Positions 60,075 to 64,000 of a stretch of 64,000 bases of DNA are shown here, piece by piece. Within the stretch, counting starts at the first letter, position 1; each line of letters starts with the position of its first letter. The DNA comes from a virus. Both the position numbers and the translations under genes were made by a program. The notes under the pieces were generated by a model. It was not told the DNA's origin, did no database searches, and saw only the letters and a program-made list of their open reading frames with translations. The stretch spans positions 2,722 through 66,721 of the IMG/VR virus record IMGVR_UViG_3300032240_000979; one strand, written 5' to 3'.

Positions 60075-60607
60075 GGTTTTTGAATAAGAAAAATATAAGT
60101 GTTTAATACATCGTCTGTTGTAAGAGTAAATGGCAGTTTGTATTTATCCGAAAAAAACTGAACTGCATTAACTACCTCACCAAACATTTGAAAATTATAA
60201 TCGTGACCAGCAACGATTCCATTATTTTTAATCTTTTTATATGCCAACTCTAACTCAAGAACTGTTTGGGCATACTGATGTGTTGTATCTATGTAAATGA
60301 AATCAAAAAAGTTGTCTTTGAAGATAGACAAGAATTCATGAGAGCGCTGCCTTGTAATGAATACATTGTTTCTGTATTCAAATCTTTTAGAAACAGAAGA
60401 GAAAAGACTTTCTCCGTCATGAACTTCTACATTATTTCCGCTTTTGTCACCAGATTGAATCTGTCCCAAAAACGGATCAACAAGATAAAGCTGATCAAAT
60501 TTTCCAGAGTCCAAAAGAACTTTGGAGAAATCTCCTTTAAAAACGCCAAGCTCACATCCAATGCTGCGAGGATTAAGTAAGTTCGTTATATTTTCTCTGT
60601 TTTTCAT
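60071..60607 (-). CDS. class I SAM-dependent methyltransferase (Methyltransf_24-like)
   Basis: GCELGVFKG, DFIYIDTTH and AGHDY motifs. Confidence 0.88.
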   Translation of the reverse strand: MKNRENITNLLNPRSIGCELGVFKGDFSKVLLDSGKFDQLYLVDPFLGQIQSGDKSGNNVEVHDGESLFSSVSKRFEYRNNVFITRQRSHEFLSIFKDNFFDFIYIDTTHQYAQTVLELELAYKKIKNNGIVAGHDYNFQMFGEVVNAVQFFSDKYKLPFTLTTDDVLNTYIFLIQKP

Positions 60608-61298
60608 ATAGGAAATTATTCATCTTAATGAACTTAGAAAACATCTCATTAGAGAATCCGCAGAAATGGTAAAGCTTTTTTTCAGGAGTGTACCAAGAAT
60701 CGGAGGCAAATAACTTAACCATGCTGGATAAATCACAACAGTAAGTAAAATCAAAACCAACGTATTTACAAACTGCGTAATTATAAGATGACTGCTCTAG
60801 TCTTGCGTCAGCATGAGCGTCTCCGCTGATAAAAGGCTCGTAGAGAGAGCGAACCAAGGTTAAGAAGGAAAGCTGCTTGAAACAGAATGTTCCAGCGTTT
60901 AATCCGTTGTTATCTTTAAAAAAGCGAATCTCTTTTTCGTCGGTTGCAGCTTTGTATTTAAACCAATCTTCATTCATTCTAAGATTCTCAATGACTATTG
61001 ATAAGTCTGATCTATCGTTAACCAAGTCGTTAACGTCGCCAAAATAAATAATGTCAGAATCTAAATAAACATAAGCGTCATATCCAGATGGAACTTTATC
61101 AGAATACTTGAGAAAACCAATGTAGCTATATTTCTTATTATCTACGATAGTTTTGTATTTAAACTTTTCTGGAGGAGCAATATTAGAGATAACGCAAAAA
61201 TCTACATTATCTTTTTTTTCGATATTCTCGATAAGCATCTCGATGCAGCTATCTGCGTAATGTTTAAAATCTGTAACTGTATAAACAAGAATTTTCAT
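60573..61298 (-). CDS. GT-A glycosyltransferase (GT8/GT34-like)
   Basis: YLDSD (DxD), LNAGTF, EQSSYN and HFCG motifs. Confidence 0.8.
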   Translation of the reverse strand: MKILVYTVTDFKHYADSCIEMLIENIEKKDNVDFCVISNIAPPEKFKYKTIVDNKKYSYIGFLKYSDKVPSGYDAYVYLDSDIIYFGDVNDLVNDRSDLSIVIENLRMNEDWFKYKAATDEKEIRFFKDNNGLNAGTFCFKQLSFLTLVRSLYEPFISGDAHADARLEQSSYNYAVCKYVGFDFTYCCDLSSMVKLFASDSWYTPEKKLYHFCGFSNEMFSKFIKMNNFLYEKQRKYNELT

Positions 61299-61939
61299 CT
61301 GAGTAAAGAAGCAATTTTGCCTTTTTCTGTTCTTTGATTAACGTGTGGCAAGCTCCAGCCAACGTTTAAATTTAAATCGGAAATGATAGAGTTAAGTTGC
61401 CAATCAAAAGGTTCTTTAACTGAGAGAAGTTTGTATCCAATCATTTTTGCTATTTTGGGAGAGATCATGTAGCAATGCGCGCACCTACTCTTTAAGTCCT
61501 TATGCGTATAAACGCCTGATTGAAAACTGGGGTTAATGTCGCTTCCTCCAAAAGAACCAATAAATAATATGTCGCAATTCTGCCGAATAGTTTCGTTGGC
61601 AAATAATTGAATATAATCTTCCCAATTAAAAGAAGGTGGCTCGATATCGTCTTCAAAGATAACGCCAAAGTCTGATGTTGATTTAGAAATCATCTTGATA
61701 GCATATCTGTGCTTCAAGAAACATGAAAGCTCTGCTGGATTTAAAAATACACCGTTAGCAGAGTGCGGAGAATTTACAATAGGATGACATTCAATCTCTT
61801 TGTCTTGCGGCCAAAAATATTCTACCCAAGTAACCTTTGAATCTAGCGTCTCAAAGAATGGAGTGATGTATTCTTTTCTAGCTTTTGCTGGAGGATGATG
61901 AATGCAGAAATATTCTATATTCGCGAAAGTCACGAACAA
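61295..61939 (-). CDS. glycosyltransferase family 25-like
   Basis: AELSCFLKH, IFEDD, AHCYMISPKIAK and PFD motifs. Confidence 0.8.
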   Translation of the reverse strand: MFVTFANIEYFCIHHPPAKARKEYITPFFETLDSKVTWVEYFWPQDKEIECHPIVNSPHSANGVFLNPAELSCFLKHRYAIKMISKSTSDFGVIFEDDIEPPSFNWEDYIQLFANETIRQNCDILFIGSFGGSDINPSFQSGVYTHKDLKSRCAHCYMISPKIAKMIGYKLLSVKEPFDWQLNSIISDLNLNVGWSLPHVNQRTEKGKIASLLR

Positions 61940-61971
61940 TCATAACAAACGAACAAAAAAATTCTACAGAA

Positions 61972-62748
61972 TTAATCAGCGTCTTGTTCGTCAGACTTTA
62001 ATGGGTACATGAGATAGCTGTGAACAGTATTCATGTAGTCGTCCATCAAAGCGAGCTTGGCGGCAATAAAAGGCTCAGAAAGCTCAAGAGCTGTTTCTGG
62101 ATCTTTATTCATCATGTCGATAATAGCTTTGGCTTTATCGGCAATCATAGATAAAGTTTGTTCAGCCATTTCCATTTGCTCTTCGTGATGATACTTCATT
62201 TCTTCGATATCAGGCGCAACAGATTCGACGGCAGCAGCTAAAGCAGTATTTAATTTAAGAAGCTCTTCATGATCATGGATTTGATCTTCAATAGAGCCTT
62301 TAGTAACTTCTGTGACAGATTTGCCGCCTTCCCACATACGGCAGCTCCAATAACGAGCTTTCCATTTTGGACCGGGGTTAGTGTCACATTTATGGCGAGC
62401 GCGAAAACTCTTTCTGTGAGCTGGATCATCGCGTTTAATCTCCATATGTGGATCGCCAAATTTAACGACGACAACATTTCCTTTTGGGTTCTTTACATAA
62501 ACGCCAAACTTTTTGTTTGAACCAGATGGCAAACGAAATGGTTTATTTAAAGTTTTCTTTTCAGCTTCTGTATAAGTAAGTTCGATAGCTGCCTGAGCTT
62601 TTTCAAAAGCTTTTTTATCAGGATAGTCAGAAGATCCTTTTTTAGCTGGGCGATAATTTTTGCCCATACGCTTTTTCTTATCTCTGATGTTTTCCCATAA
62701 GCCTTTCTTTTTGGCTTCGGCAATGTTTTGTGAGAAGTCGAGTTCCAT
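61972..62748 (-). CDS. conserved phage protein (DUF6321-like)
   Basis: GLWENIRxKKKR and KKFGVYVK...VKFGDP...RKSFRARHKC...KARYWSC motifs. Confidence 0.75.
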   Translation of the reverse strand: MELDFSQNIAEAKKKGLWENIRDKKKRMGKNYRPAKKGSSDYPDKKAFEKAQAAIELTYTEAEKKTLNKPFRLPSGSNKKFGVYVKNPKGNVVVVKFGDPHMEIKRDDPAHRKSFRARHKCDTNPGPKWKARYWSCRMWEGGKSVTEVTKGSIEDQIHDHEELLKLNTALAAAVESVAPDIEEMKYHHEEQMEMAEQTLSMIADKAKAIIDMMNKDPETALELSEPFIAAKLALMDDYMNTVHSYLMYPLKSDEQDAD

Positions 62749-62752
62749 AAAA

Positions 62753-63226
62753 TTACATTATTCTGCGGCTAATTTTGTATTGAGCTTGTTCAGATTCATC
62801 TGCCAAGCCTTGTAAAAAGTTTTGAGTTCCATCTGTGCAAGATGGAACAATAGCTTTAATCATGTTGCAGAAAGATTTTTCTACAGCAAGAAGAGCGGAA
62901 AAGATTTCATTAGATGTTTTGGCATCTGGATTAAAAGAAGATGCGGCAGCGGCGGCTTTAGTTGTTACGGAAATTACATCGAGAGTTCCGTTAAAAGCGA
63001 TGATGCGTTCAGCGATACCGTCATAAGCTTCAGTATATCTTTCGTAGAGTTCTCCAATAAATTCATGATCTTGAAAGAAAGTTATTCCTTTGATAAGATG
63101 ATGGCTATTATGAGCTACAAATTGTGCGGCTCTAAAAGCGATAGCAAGATCAGTTAATGCGGCTGGAGCGGCAGCAACAGCGACAATTAACTTTGGGTCA
63201 ATTTTCTTTGAAAAGTCTAAATCCAT
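62753..63226 (-). CDS. ferritin/Dps-like protein
   Basis: AHNSHHLIKGITFFQDHEFIGELY...YDGIAERI Dps-type ferroxidase pattern; GTGTAA 8 nt upstream. Confidence 0.8.
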   Translation of the reverse strand: MDLDFSKKIDPKLIVAVAAAPAALTDLAIAFRAAQFVAHNSHHLIKGITFFQDHEFIGELYERYTEAYDGIAERIIAFNGTLDVISVTTKAAAAASSFNPDAKTSNEIFSALLAVEKSFCNMIKAIVPSCTDGTQNFLQGLADESEQAQYKISRRIM

Positions 63227-63239
63227 ATATTATTTTACA

Positions 63240-63920
63240 CTAAAAGATGATAGCCTTTATGGTATTTTTATTTGGATAAGATTCTAAGCTTATATAAGTT
63301 CCATTTTGAGGCTCTACGATAAACCATCCGCTACTTGTCCAAACTAGGTTTAACGAGTGCCAAGAATCAGAACCGTATGATATATCAGCAAAGTTTTTAA
63401 CTTGTTCTACTACAACAGTTGCAACAGCGACTTGAGCAATAGTTCTGTTGCTGCGATTATGTGAAGCAAAATTATATACAACGCCAAATAGATCAGAAAA
63501 ATTATCGCAATCAAATGTTTCTCTTTCATAAGATAACTGATATAAGTCTAAAACGTCTATCCACCATGAACAGTATTTGTCTAACCATTGTAAATTTACA
63601 TTTGAATACTGACTATCGCGCATAACAACCAAAGTTTCTTTTGGGATACCACATTTTTTAAGTGATTCAAGAACTGAATCAGATCCATAAGGTAAACTAA
63701 TAAAATCTTGAAAAGGCGGATTTTTTACAAAAAAGCCATTTGAAGTAAAATTCAATTTAATTTGGTTTTTTGGCAACGAAAAGTCTGGGCGGGATTCTTT
63801 TGATGGGTGGTAGTTTGGACAAAGTTCATTTTGTTTTGTTAAAACGAAGAATCCAAGAAGGTACAAGAACACTCCAAAGAACAAGCAGAAAGTTATATTT
63901 TTTTTAATTCGATTCAACAC
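63240..63920 (-). CDS. membrane-anchored papain/transglutaminase-like (MOA lectin C-terminal-like) protein
   Basis: N-terminal TM; FDCDNFS ... HSLN ... IVEPQ Cys-His-Glu pattern. Confidence 0.65.
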   Translation of the reverse strand: MLNRIKKNITFCLFFGVFLYLLGFFVLTKQNELCPNYHPSKESRPDFSLPKNQIKLNFTSNGFFVKNPPFQDFISLPYGSDSVLESLKKCGIPKETLVVMRDSQYSNVNLQWLDKYCSWWIDVLDLYQLSYERETFDCDNFSDLFGVVYNFASHNRSNRTIAQVAVATVVVEQVKNFADISYGSDSWHSLNLVWTSSGWFIVEPQNGTYISLESYPNKNTIKAIIF

Positions 63921-63945
63921 TATTTTTTTACACCTATTTTGGTTT

Positions 63946-63989
63946 CCCCCCTTCCCCTAATCCCTTTCCCTTCCCCCTTTTTTCCCCCC
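63946..63989 (-). other. G-tract cluster (potential G-quadruplex)
   Basis: Minus strand G6-A6-G5-AA-G3-AAA-G3-ATTA-G4-AA-G6 in AT-rich context. Confidence 0.5.
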
Positions 63990-64000
63990 TTTCATACTAT

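Noticed and set aside
1-64000. Cellular chromosome, prophage or alternative genetic code
   Set aside because: Host-like genes (clpC, dnaE, gmd, csgG) are interleaved with rII, tail and small phage ORFs. No integrase or att site is visible. TAA, TAG and TGA all terminate full-length genes and no suppressor tRNA is present.

Overview
This is a 64 kb AT-rich, gene-dense segment of a large dsDNA tailed bacteriophage using the standard genetic code. No integrase, CRISPR array or rRNA was seen. Most genes lie on the minus strand. From left to right: (i) an accessory region with many small hypothetical genes, three tRNAs (Leu-TAA, Thr-TGT, Gly-TCC), a thermonuclease, rIIA/rIIB and a UvsE UV endonuclease; (ii) a tightly coupled five-gene operon csgF - csgG - curlin-like repeat protein - secreted FecR-domain protein - CHASE2 class III adenylate cyclase, which is the most interesting element and a candidate trans-envelope signalling system built on a curli secretion pore; (iii) a T4 beta-glucosyltransferase-like gene next to a Zn deaminase and a GNAT-like gene; (iv) a plus-strand lambda-like tail-tip block (L, K, I, J) heavily expanded with PA14/CBM/vWA-like inserts, with J split around an extra gene; (v) nrdAB, glycosyltransferases, a ClpC-like ATPase, a three-piece Pol III alpha (PHP, exonuclease, DnaE), primase, DnaB, RecA-like and ThyX; (vi) a glycan cluster including gmd. 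A recurrent GTGTAA motif 7-11 nt before start codons and several TTGACA elements suggest two promoter classes. All assignments come from motif recognition by eye; no database searches were run.
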